Positions 41,174-51,470 of a stretch of DNA of 64,000 bases are shown here, piece by piece. Location of the stretch: the NCBI GenBank assembly GCA_012513575.1, contig JAAZBX010000002.1, forward strand, positions 33,830-97,829. The letters are read 5' to 3'. Every line of letters starts with the position of its first letter. The first letter of the stretch is position 1. Made by a program: the position numbers and the translations under genes. This stretch comes from Candidatus Dojkabacteria bacterium. Lineage in GTDB: Bacteria; Patescibacteriota; Dojkabacteria; SC72. The notes under the pieces are model-generated. The model had not been told where the DNA came from, ran no database searches, and saw only the letters and a list, made by a program, of their open reading frames with translations.

Positions 41174-44100
41174 TTTGAGCAACCTCCTCTTCTGTTTGAT
41201 TTGAAATTAAATCAATATTTAAGCAAAGTGCATTAAGCTCTTTGACAAGTACCTTGAATGATTCAGGGACATTTACATTTTCAATCTTGTCTCCATGAAT
41301 AATTGCTTTATATGCTGACGATCTTCCCTTGATGTCGTCTGATTTTATCGTAAGCATTTCCTGAAGTGCAAACGGTGCACTGTGGGATTCTAATGCCCAA
41401 ACTTCCATTTCTCCAAATCTCTGTCCACCCATTTGTGCTTTTCCTCCGAGTGGCTGTTGAGATACTGCTGTGTATGGTCCAGTTGATCTAGCATGAACCT
41501 TTTCATCAGAGATATGCTTCAACTTTAATACATATTTAACTCCTACAGTCACTTTGTTTGGGAATTTCTTTCCAGTCCTTCCATCATACAGATCAACTCT
41601 TTGCGACATGTCCTTTCCTTGTTTCTTCATCTCATTTAATAGCCACTCCATATTCTCTCCTTCGAAAATTGGGAAGGCCAATTTCTGATTCAATTCTTCC
41701 GCAAACTTACCAAAATGAACCTCCTCCGCCTGTCCCATGTTCATTCTCTTTAGGAATGTAGGTGTAAGAACAATATCAACTGGTTCTCCATCCTCAGTGA
41801 ATGGCATATCTTCAATTGGTCGAATTGCTGCTACCGTATTTTTGTCTCCGTGTCTTCCCGCTATTTTGTCTCCAAATCCGATTTTCTTTGTGTTTGCGAC
41901 CCATACTTTTACTTGATGTAGGACACCTGGAGCTAATCTGTCTCCCTTGTCTGTCGAGAGAATTAAACTTCTAACAACAATTCCCTCTTCTCCGTGTGGA
42001 ATTCTTAATGAGTTATCTCTTACATCACTAGCAGATTCGCCAAAGATTGCTCTAAGCAATCTTTCCTCTGCAGTAAGTTCTTTTTCTCCTCTTGGAGCAA
42101 CGACTCCTACCAAGATATCTCCTGATTTTACGTGAACACCTGATCTGACAATTCCCTGAGAATCAAGTTTCTGTAAGATTCTATCATTTACATGTGGTAT
42201 ATCCGCCGTAATAATTTCGGGGCCTAACTCAGTATCTCTAATGTCTACTGTATGTTCTCTAATATGTATTGAAGTAAGCAGATCATCTCTTACAATTCTA
42301 TCGGAGATAATTACAGAATCTTCATAGTTGTATCCTTCGTAGAACATCAATGCAGCTCTAAGATTTGTACCTATGGAGAATTCTCCATTAACAATAGTAG
42401 GCCCATCTGCAAGGATATCTCCTTTCTTAAATTTGTCTCCAGATTTAACAACAGGTTTCTGAGTAAAACATGTGTTTTCATTACTTCTATAGAAGGATAC
42501 TAAGTTGTAATCCTTCACTCCTTCTTTCTTGTACTTCACCGATATCTTTTCAGCATCTGTGTATAAAACTTCTCCATCCCCCTCAGCAAATATTCCCCAT
42601 TCAGACTGTCTTGCGACAATTTCTTCCATTCCGGTACCAACAAGAGGGGATTCCTGTTTAACAAGGGGAACTGCCTGTCTTTGCTGGTTTGCACCTGTAA
42701 GTGCCCTCATAGCATCATTGTGAGAGACAAATGGGATTAATGCCATTCCAAGACCCGCTTGTTGACTTGCTAAAGCATCAATATAGTTAACCATGTTAAC
42801 GTCCTCAAGGAGAAAATCACCCTTAAACCTAACAGGAACCAGGGTATCCAAAATATTCCCAAATTCATCTTTAGAAAATGCCGCAGGTCCGATATGAAAT
42901 TTCTCTTCTTCCATGGCGTCTAAGTACTCTACAATGTCTGTAACAAATGGCTTAACAGCAATCTCCTTTACTGCTTTGTCCTTTGAAATCTTTTCTGCTA
43001 ATTTTTCGTCAATAAAGGAATCCTTTTTTGCAATTTTCTTAACATCTTCAGCAAGAATTCTATTTATTAAGTCTTTCTTGTTGTTTTTTACTTTATTTGA
43101 CACTCTTCTATACGGAGCCTCTAAAAAACCAAATTCATTAATTCTTGTTAATGTGGCTAATTGAACAACAACACCAATGTTTGATGACTCTGGACTTGTA
43201 ACTGGATCAAATTTCGAATAGTGGGAATTGTGGACTTCTCTGATTGAAAAAGTTGCCCTCTCTTTTGCTATACCTCCAGGACCGCCAGCTGTAACCTTTC
43301 TTTTGTTTTCAAGCTCAGAGAGTATATTTATCTGATCCATGAAACTAGATAACGCATTTGTTCCGAAGAAAGACTGAATAGCTGCAGAAATGGGTTTTGT
43401 ACTTGCAAGCATTGAAGGTGTAACCTTCGCATCCTGTCCATACAAACTCATTTTATCCTTAATATTTTTTTCTAACCTCCTAATAGCAGCATTAAGCTGT
43501 CTTTCAAGAATTTCTCCAACACTTCTAATTCTTCTATTTGACAAATGGTCAATATCATCCGGTTCAACAACACCATTATTTATCTGTATAAGCTTCTTCA
43601 CAATTAATACAATATCCATAGGATAGAGTATTGTCTCTGCAGGGTTGTTTATATCAAAAGTAGTACCAAGCTTCCTATTTAATTGGTATCTACCTATCTT
43701 CCCTAAATCAAATTTTCTTACATTAAAGAAGTTACTCTTAATGTATCTTTCAGCACTCTCAAGCGTTACAGACTCATCTGGTCTTAACTTGTTGTAAATA
43801 CTAATAACTGCTTCTTCTTTGCTCTTTGTAAAATCTCTTGCCAATGTTGCCTCTATATACTTGTACTCTTCGTGAGTATCTACATCTGAGAACAACTTCC
43901 TTATTTCATCATCGCTCTCCCAACCAAAAACTCTTAAAAGTTCTGTGATAAGAACCTTGGGTCTCTTAGGAAGAATCCTCACGGAAATTACATTGTGCCT
44001 GTTTGTATCAATTTCATACCAAGGACCTTTTCCGGGCATCAATCTTACCTTATACAATGTTCTTGTAGGAAGTTTGTCCGACTCTTCATACAAAACACCC

Positions 44101-44522
44101 TCCGCTCTAACAATCTGATGTGTAACAACTCTCCTATCACCATTGAAAATAAAAACTCCCTCATCAGTCATTATTGGTAAGTCCGTAACAAAGATTTCTT
44201 GCTCCTTAATCTCCCCGGTCTTATTATTCATTAACTGAACCTTTGCATACACGGGAGCTTCATAGGAAAGACCCTTCTTAATAGCCTCATCAACAGTTCT
44301 GTATAGTTCACCAATCCTAAAATCCTTAAATTCTAAAGTCCACATCTTCTCCATTGTGTCCTTTACTGGATTAATTTCCGCAAACAAATTCTTAAAACCT
44401 TCCTTTTTAAAGGCGTCAAAAGAATTAATCTGAGCTTCGATTAAATTTGGGAATTCAAGGTCTCCTGAATAGTTTAGTCCCAGGTTTAATCTCCCAGACC
44501 TATTAATTTTTGGTTTTAGCAT
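41160..44522 (-). CDS. rpoB: RNA polymerase beta subunit
   Basis: DDIDHLSNRRIR, GYNYEDS, GDKIAGRHG, HARSTGPY, GGQRFGEMEVWALE. Confidence 0.99.
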   Translation of the reverse strand: MLKPKINRSGRLNLGLNYSGDLEFPNLIEAQINSFDAFKKEGFKNLFAEINPVKDTMEKMWTLEFKDFRIGELYRTVDEAIKKGLSYEAPVYAKVQLMNNKTGEIKEQEIFVTDLPIMTDEGVFIFNGDRRVVTHQIVRAEGVLYEESDKLPTRTLYKVRLMPGKGPWYEIDTNRHNVISVRILPKRPKVLITELLRVFGWESDDEIRKLFSDVDTHEEYKYIEATLARDFTKSKEEAVISIYNKLRPDESVTLESAERYIKSNFFNVRKFDLGKIGRYQLNRKLGTTFDINNPAETILYPMDIVLIVKKLIQINNGVVEPDDIDHLSNRRIRSVGEILERQLNAAIRRLEKNIKDKMSLYGQDAKVTPSMLASTKPISAAIQSFFGTNALSSFMDQINILSELENKRKVTAGGPGGIAKERATFSIREVHNSHYSKFDPVTSPESSNIGVVVQLATLTRINEFGFLEAPYRRVSNKVKNNKKDLINRILAEDVKKIAKKDSFIDEKLAEKISKDKAVKEIAVKPFVTDIVEYLDAMEEEKFHIGPAAFSKDEFGNILDTLVPVRFKGDFLLEDVNMVNYIDALASQQAGLGMALIPFVSHNDAMRALTGANQQRQAVPLVKQESPLVGTGMEEIVARQSEWGIFAEGDGEVLYTDAEKISVKYKKEGVKDYNLVSFYRSNENTCFTQKPVVKSGDKFKKGDILADGPTIVNGEFSIGTNLRAALMFYEGYNYEDSVIISDRIVRDDLLTSIHIREHTVDIRDTELGPEIITADIPHVNDRILQKLDSQGIVRSGVHVKSGDILVGVVAPRGEKELTAEERLLRAIFGESASDVRDNSLRIPHGEEGIVVRSLILSTDKGDRLAPGVLHQVKVWVANTKKIGFGDKIAGRHGDKNTVAAIRPIEDMPFTEDGEPVDIVLTPTFLKRMNMGQAEEVHFGKFAEELNQKLAFPIFEGENMEWLLNEMKKQGKDMSQRVDLYDGRTGKKFPNKVTVGVKYVLKLKHISDEKVHARSTGPYTAVSQQPLGGKAQMGGQRFGEMEVWALESHSAPFALQEMLTIKSDDIKGRSSAYKAIIHGDKIENVNVPESFKVLVKELNALCLNIDLISNQTEEEVAQNEEK

Positions 44523-44637
44523 AGGATAAATTTTTAGTTATGTTATAACATATTACTTGAATAAAGCGGTATCCAAAAGGTCGCAAAAGACCTATACAAT
44601 ACTACTTTTTTGATCAAAAAATCAAGCGACTTTGGGA

Positions 44638-44666
44638 AGTATACTATAATATTTGCTTTATGTCAA
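44638..44666 (-). promoter_or_regulatory. sigma70 promoter of rpoB-rpoC
   Basis: TTGACA (44666-44661), 17 bp spacer, TATACT (44643-44638). Confidence 0.8.
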
Positions 44667-44815
44667 CGACTTTTTAGGGATATTTTTGTGTATTAATATA
44701 CATTTGAAAATGGGTAGGTAGGACTCCTAGGTGTTGAAAACAAAAAGGGGTTCTATTACAAACATCTATACCCCTTTGAAAAATTACCTATAATATCCTA
44801 TTATATTTTCATACT

Positions 44816-47053
44816 ATGCCCCGCAAAAAGAAAAAGGAACAGATAACAATAAAAAGCAGCGAAAGCAAAATCCTTTTTGGAACAGTGCTTTTTGTTGCTG
44901 GGATTGTTGTCATGGTCTCACCGTTTCTTCTAACTCAATCAAATCTTTTCAAAACAATTTCACAATTCTTTGGATACTCAGCTATACCCTGGGGAATATC
45001 TTTGCTTTACGGTTCACTTTTCTTACTTTTCAAGTCTAGGAAATTTATCTCCTCAAGACAGTTTGTGGGAATTTTCCTTTTTTCTATCTGCATATCAACA
45101 CTTCTTTCCTTCTGGCAACAGCCAGAGCAACTAGCAAATCCCGAAGCCCTAAGTAGCTCAGGTGGAGAAGTTGGAAAGTTTCTTCATATATCTTTAAATG
45201 GTGTCTTTGGCTCAGCCATAGAGATATTCATCATCTTAATCTTTTTGATTCTTGCATTTTCGTTGATTACAGGAACAACTCTTGAACAAATCAGAGACTT
45301 TGTTGAGGATTCTATCCCAGAACCTGGTCAAAACAAATCTAAAAAGAGCTCTTGGCTGCTTTCGGTACTTAACAAATTCATCGGTACAAAGGAGGGTGAT
45401 GATATTAAGATTCAAACTGAAAATGAGGCCCTAGATGATAACCAGACAGAACCATACATTGAGTCCTCACCGATTGAAACGGAAAGAAAGCTTGAGGAGA
45501 TACTCCACAGGGATGATTATCTCCACACTTCACACAATGTAGCTCCAAATGTAAAAGTCTCAGAAGGAGAACCAAACGAAGATGAGCCTCAGGCGCCCAA
45601 ATATACTGACTGGATTTTCCCAAACATTGACATACTGCAAGAGAAGGAGGTTCAAAAACAAGATGAGAAGCTTTACAAAGAGAAAGCACTTGTCATTCAA
45701 CGAACTCTTATGAATTTCGGAATTCAATCGAGAGTGGTAGCAATTGCCGTAGGTCCAACCGTATTAAGATTCTCACTTAGTATTAGTACAGGAATCAAAG
45801 TGTCCAAAGTGAAGAATTTAAGCAATGACCTTGCACTTGCCTTAGCCTCTCAAACAGCTTCTATTAGAATCGAAGCTCCCATCCCTGGAACCTCCTTTAT
45901 TGGTGTTGAAATACCAAATCCAACTCCAAACTTTGTATACACCAAGGATATGATAAAAAAGCTTCGACAAGAAACAGACAAGTATGAATTACCCCTTATT
46001 CTTGGAAAAGATATAACTGGGAAAACAACAATCAAGGATCTAGGGAAAATACCTCACCTCCTAGTAGCTGGAGCTACAGGAACAGGGAAATCTGTTGCGA
46101 TAAACTCCCTTCTTGCTGGATTACTGATGACCAAAACTCCGGATGAAGTTAAATTCATAATGGTTGATCCCAAAATGGGTGTAGAGATGGGAATGTACAA
46201 TGGAATTCCACATCTTTTGACACCAGTAATAACCGATGTCACTTTAGTTACAAACGCTCTTGAGTGGGTTAGCGGAGAAATGATGAGAAGATACACACAA
46301 CTTAAACAAACCCATACAAAGAAACTCTCAGAATATAATGCAAAAATGGGCTTTGCCGCGATGCCCTACATCGTTGTTGTAATTGATGAAATGGCTGATC
46401 TTATGCTTAGAACTGGCATGGAGGTTGAAACAAAAATACAAACCCTTGCCCAAATGGGAAGAGCCGTAGGTATCCACCTTATTCTCGCCACACAAAAACC
46501 TACAGTAGATGTTATTACTGGATTAATCAAATCAAATATCCCGGGGAGGATGGCATTTGCTGTTGCGACACTAATGGATTCTCGAGTAATCTTGGATGAA
46601 GGAGGAGCAGAAACACTCCTAGGAAACGGAGACATGCTCTACAAAGATCAAACCACTCCGAAATCATTAAGGATTCAGGGGACATTTACGTCTACGGAGG
46701 ACACGGAAAATATTGTCAATGCCGTCAAAAGCCAGGTTAAAGAGGAAATTGAATATTCATCAGGATTAACAAATGCCATAGAAAATGGACCGGATGAAAT
46801 AACTGGTGGAAGTCACACACAGAGAGATCCCGATTTCTCAAAGGCACTAGAAATCGTAATCCTTACTCAAAGAGCTTCTGCTTCATTCTTACAAAGAAAA
46901 ATGAAAATCGGTTTTAACAAAGCCGCAAGAATCATAGACGAGCTTTATGAAGCTGGAGCTATTGGCCCAGATGAAGGTTCCAAGCCAAGAAAGGTATTAG
47001 TTCATTCCGCTTCCGAGATTTTAGGAGGAGAGGATACCGATGACTTCGAATAA
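44816..47053 (+). CDS. ftsK: DNA translocase FtsK/SpoIIIE
   Basis: 4-TM N-terminus, IRIEAPIPG, PHLLVAGATGTGKS, IDEMADL, GAETLLGNGDML, gamma domain RASASFLQRK. Confidence 0.97.
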   Translation: MPRKKKKEQITIKSSESKILFGTVLFVAGIVVMVSPFLLTQSNLFKTISQFFGYSAIPWGISLLYGSLFLLFKSRKFISSRQFVGIFLFSICISTLLSFWQQPEQLANPEALSSSGGEVGKFLHISLNGVFGSAIEIFIILIFLILAFSLITGTTLEQIRDFVEDSIPEPGQNKSKKSSWLLSVLNKFIGTKEGDDIKIQTENEALDDNQTEPYIESSPIETERKLEEILHRDDYLHTSHNVAPNVKVSEGEPNEDEPQAPKYTDWIFPNIDILQEKEVQKQDEKLYKEKALVIQRTLMNFGIQSRVVAIAVGPTVLRFSLSISTGIKVSKVKNLSNDLALALASQTASIRIEAPIPGTSFIGVEIPNPTPNFVYTKDMIKKLRQETDKYELPLILGKDITGKTTIKDLGKIPHLLVAGATGTGKSVAINSLLAGLLMTKTPDEVKFIMVDPKMGVEMGMYNGIPHLLTPVITDVTLVTNALEWVSGEMMRRYTQLKQTHTKKLSEYNAKMGFAAMPYIVVVIDEMADLMLRTGMEVETKIQTLAQMGRAVGIHLILATQKPTVDVITGLIKSNIPGRMAFAVATLMDSRVILDEGGAETLLGNGDMLYKDQTTPKSLRIQGTFTSTEDTENIVNAVKSQVKEEIEYSSGLTNAIENGPDEITGGSHTQRDPDFSKALEIVILTQRASASFLQRKMKIGFNKAARIIDELYEAGAIGPDEGSKPRKVLVHSASEILGGEDTDDFE

Positions 47054-47068
47054 GTAGTAGAATTGGCC

Positions 47069-48001
47069 ATGGTTACAGTTGGGGAAGTTTTAAAAAACAA
47101 AAGAGAAAAGTTGAAAATAAGTATTGAGACCGCCTCTTTAGATACAAAGATTCAAAAACGATTTCTTAAGTTTATTGAAAACAACGAATTTTTTCCCTTT
47201 GAATCCGAGGTTTTTCTAACAGGTTTTATAAAAATATATGCGAAATATCTTAATTTAGACGTAGAAAAAGTTCTTGCTCTCTATCGAAGAACAAATCCCA
47301 TCGTTGAGGAGAAGAAAGTAATTTCCCCCTTCAATAATTTAAGCTCAAAAAAAACAAGCATAACTATAACTCCAAAGGCCATTGTAATTTCTACGCTTGT
47401 TCTTTTCTCCCTCGCAATATTACTCTATTTCGGGATTCAAGTTTACAAATTTCAAAAACCCCCTGTTCTTTCCATCTCAACTCCTCAAAACAACTCAACC
47501 GTTAAAAGCTCAGAAATAAAAGTGATCGGGAATACTGAAAAAAATGTTTCCATCCAGATAAATAATATCTCCATAGAAGTGGATGAGGATGGCTCTTTCG
47601 AGAAAGAAATTTCACTCATAGAAGGAAAAAACTTAATAACCATAAAAGCAAAAAAAAATAACAACAGTATAATGGAGACTGTACAGACAATTCAGATCAC
47701 CTTCGTCAGAGAGAATGAGGTTTCTGTGGAGGAAGTAGTAAACAACAAGATCAAAATAGAAATTTTTGATGCTCCTGCATGGATCAAACTGGACATAGAC
47801 AATATAAATAAACTTTCGCAGGTTGTTCAACCATCAATCCAAGAGTTTGAAATTAAAAGTAATATTAAAATTGTTTCAGGAAGGATAAACAACACAAAGG
47901 TTTTCTTCAATGGCCAGCTATTAACATGGCCCAAATCTAACGAAAAAGGAGTTGCGGAAATCAATTGCACGGTCGAGGACGGGAACATTGTATGTCAATA
48001 A
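47069..48001 (+). CDS. RodZ-like HTH membrane protein with extracellular Ig-like domain
   Basis: VGEVLKNKRE..TKIQKRFL..IE..GFIKIYAKYLNLD; TM; Ig-like domain; follows ftsK. Confidence 0.8.
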   Translation: MVTVGEVLKNKREKLKISIETASLDTKIQKRFLKFIENNEFFPFESEVFLTGFIKIYAKYLNLDVEKVLALYRRTNPIVEEKKVISPFNNLSSKKTSITITPKAIVISTLVLFSLAILLYFGIQVYKFQKPPVLSISTPQNNSTVKSSEIKVIGNTEKNVSIQINNISIEVDEDGSFEKEISLIEGKNLITIKAKKNNNSIMETVQTIQITFVRENEVSVEEVVNNKIKIEIFDAPAWIKLDIDNINKLSQVVQPSIQEFEIKSNIKIVSGRINNTKVFFNGQLLTWPKSNEKGVAEINCTVEDGNIVCQ

Positions 48002-48030
48002 AGAGTTTTTTAATGGTATAATTGGGAATA

Positions 48031-49746
48031 ATGCAGGAAGGTAATCAAATTGAAGAAATTAAAGAGAGAATTGACATAGTTCAATTAATAGAAAAATATG
48101 TTAAGTTAAAACAAACAGGAAAAAATTTCTCCGGTCTCTGTCCTTTTCACAAAGAAAAAACTCCTTCTTTCATAGTTAGTCCTGATATTCAGAGATATAA
48201 ATGTTTTGGGTGTGGAAGAAGTGGAGACATTTTTAATTTTGTACAAGATATTGAAAATATTGATTTTGTTGAAGCTTTGGAGAAGCTTGCGAAGACAGCG
48301 GGTGTAGAGTTAAAAAAAAGTTCTCCAAACACAAAATTCAAAGAAATTAAAGAGGTAAATTACATTGCAACAAAATACTATTACAACCAGCTTCTAAAAA
48401 GCCCAATTGCGTTGAGCTATGTACTTAAGAGAGGAATCAACAAAGAATATATTAAAAAATTTGCGTTAGGATACGCTCCAAAGTATCCAAAATTAATTTC
48501 AGAAATTAAAAAATCTGGGAATTACAGTAAAAAGGTGTTACTTGAAAGTGGCCTATTTATTGAAAAAAATGGGATTCTAAAAGAAAAGTTTTTTGACAGG
48601 ATAATGTTTCCCATACGTTCTAAGCGTGGAGATGTGATCGCTTTTACTGCGAGGCAAAATGCTGGGAATGAGTATGGTCCAAAATACATGAACTCTCCCG
48701 AGACCCCAATCTTTCATAAATCCTACAACCTTTTTGGTCAATATGAATCCCGTCAAGAAATTAGAAAACAGGATTTGGTTATTATTTGCGAAGGATCAAC
48801 CGATGTTATCTCCGCACACCAAGTTGGAATAAAAAATATAGTTGCACCTCTTGGTACAAGTTTGACTTCACAACAACTTGAATCTTTAATCCCTTTAACC
48901 AAAAACATCCTTCTTTTCTTCGATAGCGACTCTGCAGGCAAGGCCGCCATTGTTAGAGGTTTTGAACTAGCTTCTAAACTCGAGATGAATCCTTTTGCAA
49001 CCTCACCATCCCCTTATAAAGATATTGACGAATTAATTCAAAACGAACCAAGCAAAATTTCAGAAGTTATTAACAATAAAGTTGAGGCATTCTCCTTTAT
49101 CCTCGCTGATACAATTAAAGATAGGGATTTAAACAAGCTAGAGGATATTGATAAAATCAAAAAAATAATTCTTCCCGTATTAAATTCTGTAAAAGATATT
49201 AATACAAAGTCTCTTTATATTAAAAAACTTGAAGAAATAACAGGAATCACTTATGGAAATACTAAGGAGAAGAGTAATATGAAGCTTTCTTCTCCCACCA
49301 AGAATCAAACCAACCCATTGATAGAAAGTACCGAAACGCGATATCTTCAACTTCTTTTGTTCGCAGAGAATAGAAAAGAAGAATATTTCTTAGATGAAAA
49401 ATATATTTCCGACAAAGTTCAACAAGAGATATTTTCTTTTATTACTCTAAACAGAACATTAACCAAATCAGAGTTGTTTGAGAAAATTAATACAAATATC
49501 GAGGCACAGAAAGTTCTAGAAGATATGATTTTCAATGCAAACAAACTACCCAAGGAGAGTGAACTTGAAAATGAGTTGCTTTACCTCCAGAGACTCTTGA
49601 AGGTAAAATATTACAAACAGATTCAGAAAAACTTAGTTTCGAAAATTGCTATGAGCGATGAGATTGAAGATGAAGAAGAGAAAAGCAAAGCATTAAAACA
49701 ATTACAAAAAGTAGCTAAAATTTTACAAAAACTAAAGAATGAATAA
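48031..49746 (+). CDS. dnaG: DNA primase
   Basis: CPFHKEKTPSF..CFGC, RIMFPI, PKYMNSPET, EG..D, FDSDSAG; start MQEG at 48031 assumed. Confidence 0.97.
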   Translation: MQEGNQIEEIKERIDIVQLIEKYVKLKQTGKNFSGLCPFHKEKTPSFIVSPDIQRYKCFGCGRSGDIFNFVQDIENIDFVEALEKLAKTAGVELKKSSPNTKFKEIKEVNYIATKYYYNQLLKSPIALSYVLKRGINKEYIKKFALGYAPKYPKLISEIKKSGNYSKKVLLESGLFIEKNGILKEKFFDRIMFPIRSKRGDVIAFTARQNAGNEYGPKYMNSPETPIFHKSYNLFGQYESRQEIRKQDLVIICEGSTDVISAHQVGIKNIVAPLGTSLTSQQLESLIPLTKNILLFFDSDSAGKAAIVRGFELASKLEMNPFATSPSPYKDIDELIQNEPSKISEVINNKVEAFSFILADTIKDRDLNKLEDIDKIKKIILPVLNSVKDINTKSLYIKKLEEITGITYGNTKEKSNMKLSSPTKNQTNPLIESTETRYLQLLLFAENRKEEYFLDEKYISDKVQQEIFSFITLNRTLTKSELFEKINTNIEAQKVLEDMIFNANKLPKESELENELLYLQRLLKVKYYKQIQKNLVSKIAMSDEIEDEEEKSKALKQLQKVAKILQKLKNE

Positions 49747-50668
49747 CATATCCGATTATGACTTATTCAGTTATGATTACTCCCAATATTGGCAAAAAAG
49801 AAGATACGAGCATCTATCTGAAACACACCTTCTAAACAGAATATTTAGAAAGAAAAATGGAAATTGGTTTCTAGATGTTGGGGGCTCATATGGAAGGCTC
49901 ACACCGACATATTACAATCATTATCAAAACCCTATCATCCTAGATTACTCTGCCAAAACTCTTAGAAATAATTATGAGGTTTTGGTTAATAAATATCCAG
50001 GAATTAACCTAATTGCTGCAAATGCTTACAAAATGCCATTTAAAAACAACACCTTCGATGGAGGCTTAATGGTTAGAGTACTTCATCATATTGAGAATCC
50101 TAAAGAATATTTTAAGGAATTAAAGAGAGTATTTAAGAATAATGGGAAGTATGTCCAAGAATTTGCAAACAAGATACACATTAAGGCAAGGATCAAGGCC
50201 GTAATTAAAAGAGACAAAGAGTTTTTTAATACAAACCCATATAAACAACCGACGCTAACGGCCTCTGAAGGAACAAAAAACAATATTGAGGGTATTTTCT
50301 TCAACTATCATCCCCAGCATATTAAAAACTTGCTGATTAATGAAAAATTTCTAATCGAAAAAAAATATGGTTGCTCATACTTTAGATCTCCGTTCTTTAA
50401 GAAGATTTTTAACGATGACACACTACTCTTTTTTGAAAAAATAATGCAAAGGCTATTCTCCTTTTCAAATTTTCCACCAAGTATTTTTTACGATACGATG
50501 ATCAAAAAAAGTGAAAAAGTGAAAATTGTTGGAACAACACTTGAGGACATTCTTGCTTGTCCCAAATGTAAAGGAAACATTAAGATTAAAGATAATTTGG
50601 CAAGATGTAATAAATGTAATTTGGACTTTAAGAAAGAACATAATGTTTGGGATTTTCGAATAGAATAA
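49739..50668 (+). CDS. Class I SAM-dependent methyltransferase with C-terminal Trm112-like zinc ribbon
   Basis: FLDVGGSYGR, ILDYS, MPFKNNTFD, VRVLHH; C-terminal ILACPKCKG...CNKC. Confidence 0.82.
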   Translation: MNNISDYDLFSYDYSQYWQKRRYEHLSETHLLNRIFRKKNGNWFLDVGGSYGRLTPTYYNHYQNPIILDYSAKTLRNNYEVLVNKYPGINLIAANAYKMPFKNNTFDGGLMVRVLHHIENPKEYFKELKRVFKNNGKYVQEFANKIHIKARIKAVIKRDKEFFNTNPYKQPTLTASEGTKNNIEGIFFNYHPQHIKNLLINEKFLIEKKYGCSYFRSPFFKKIFNDDTLLFFEKIMQRLFSFSNFPPSIFYDTMIKKSEKVKIVGTTLEDILACPKCKGNIKIKDNLARCNKCNLDFKKEHNVWDFRIE

Positions 50669-51444
50669 TGGAACCAAAGAGATCATTAGGACAAAATTTT
50701 TTTGTGAATCAGAATCTTGCTAAAAGAATCGCTCAAGAAGTATTTAACGAATCACCAGACCTTATAGTTGAAATTGGACCGGGTCAAGGATATTTCTCAA
50801 AGATTTTTTATGAACAGAAAGCAAAACTGCTTCTCATTGAAAAGGACGATATTTTGGCAGAAGAACTTTCTTCAGTTTTTCCTAAAGAAAGTATTATAAA
50901 CAGGGATTTTCTTGATTGGAATTTTGAAGAATTATCGATTTTTCCTAAAGATAAAATTACTTTCTTCGGTTCCCTGCCATACAATGTAAGTAAAAAAATC
51001 ATCGATAAGATTATTAATTCTGAATACTTCCGAAATCCCTGTTTCTTTATCATTCAAAAAGAAGTTGCAGAAAAATATACTTCAAGTTCACCAAATAACA
51101 ATTACTTAGCAACAAAGACATTGCTTCTTGCAAAAACAAAAAAAATCCTTGATATCTCTCCTGATTCGTTTAGACCGAAACCCAAAGTAATGAGCTCTTT
51201 AATAGGTTTTTATCCATTAAAGAAATCTTACGGGATATTTATTGAAAACAAATCTCTTGAACAGTTCGATATATTTTTACAATCGGCTTTTAAACAACCC
51301 AGAAAAAAACTTTTAAACAACCTTAAAAGATATCGTTTCAAAGAGGAGCAAAGGGAGAAAATCATGGAACTTCTCGAGAGAAGAGCTCAACACACCTCTT
51401 TGGAAGATTTCTACTTTCTTTTCTCAAATATACTGCCTTCTTAA
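50668..51444 (+). CDS. rsmA: 16S rRNA m6,2A dimethyltransferase RsmA/KsgA
   Basis: PKRSLGQNF, EIGPGQG, IEKD, SLPYN, QKEVA, FRPKPKV. Confidence 0.92.
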   Translation: MEPKRSLGQNFFVNQNLAKRIAQEVFNESPDLIVEIGPGQGYFSKIFYEQKAKLLLIEKDDILAEELSSVFPKESIINRDFLDWNFEELSIFPKDKITFFGSLPYNVSKKIIDKIINSEYFRNPCFFIIQKEVAEKYTSSSPNNNYLATKTLLLAKTKKILDISPDSFRPKPKVMSSLIGFYPLKKSYGIFIENKSLEQFDIFLQSAFKQPRKKLLNNLKRYRFKEEQREKIMELLERRAQHTSLEDFYFLFSNILPS

Positions 51445-51470
51445 TATTTAATATAATGATATAATTCGTT

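Noticed and set aside
44523-44815. tRNA or other known structured RNA gene in the largest intergenic gaps (also 13914-14056)
   Set aside because: No cloverleaf, T-loop GTTC or CCA pattern; content explained by divergent promoters
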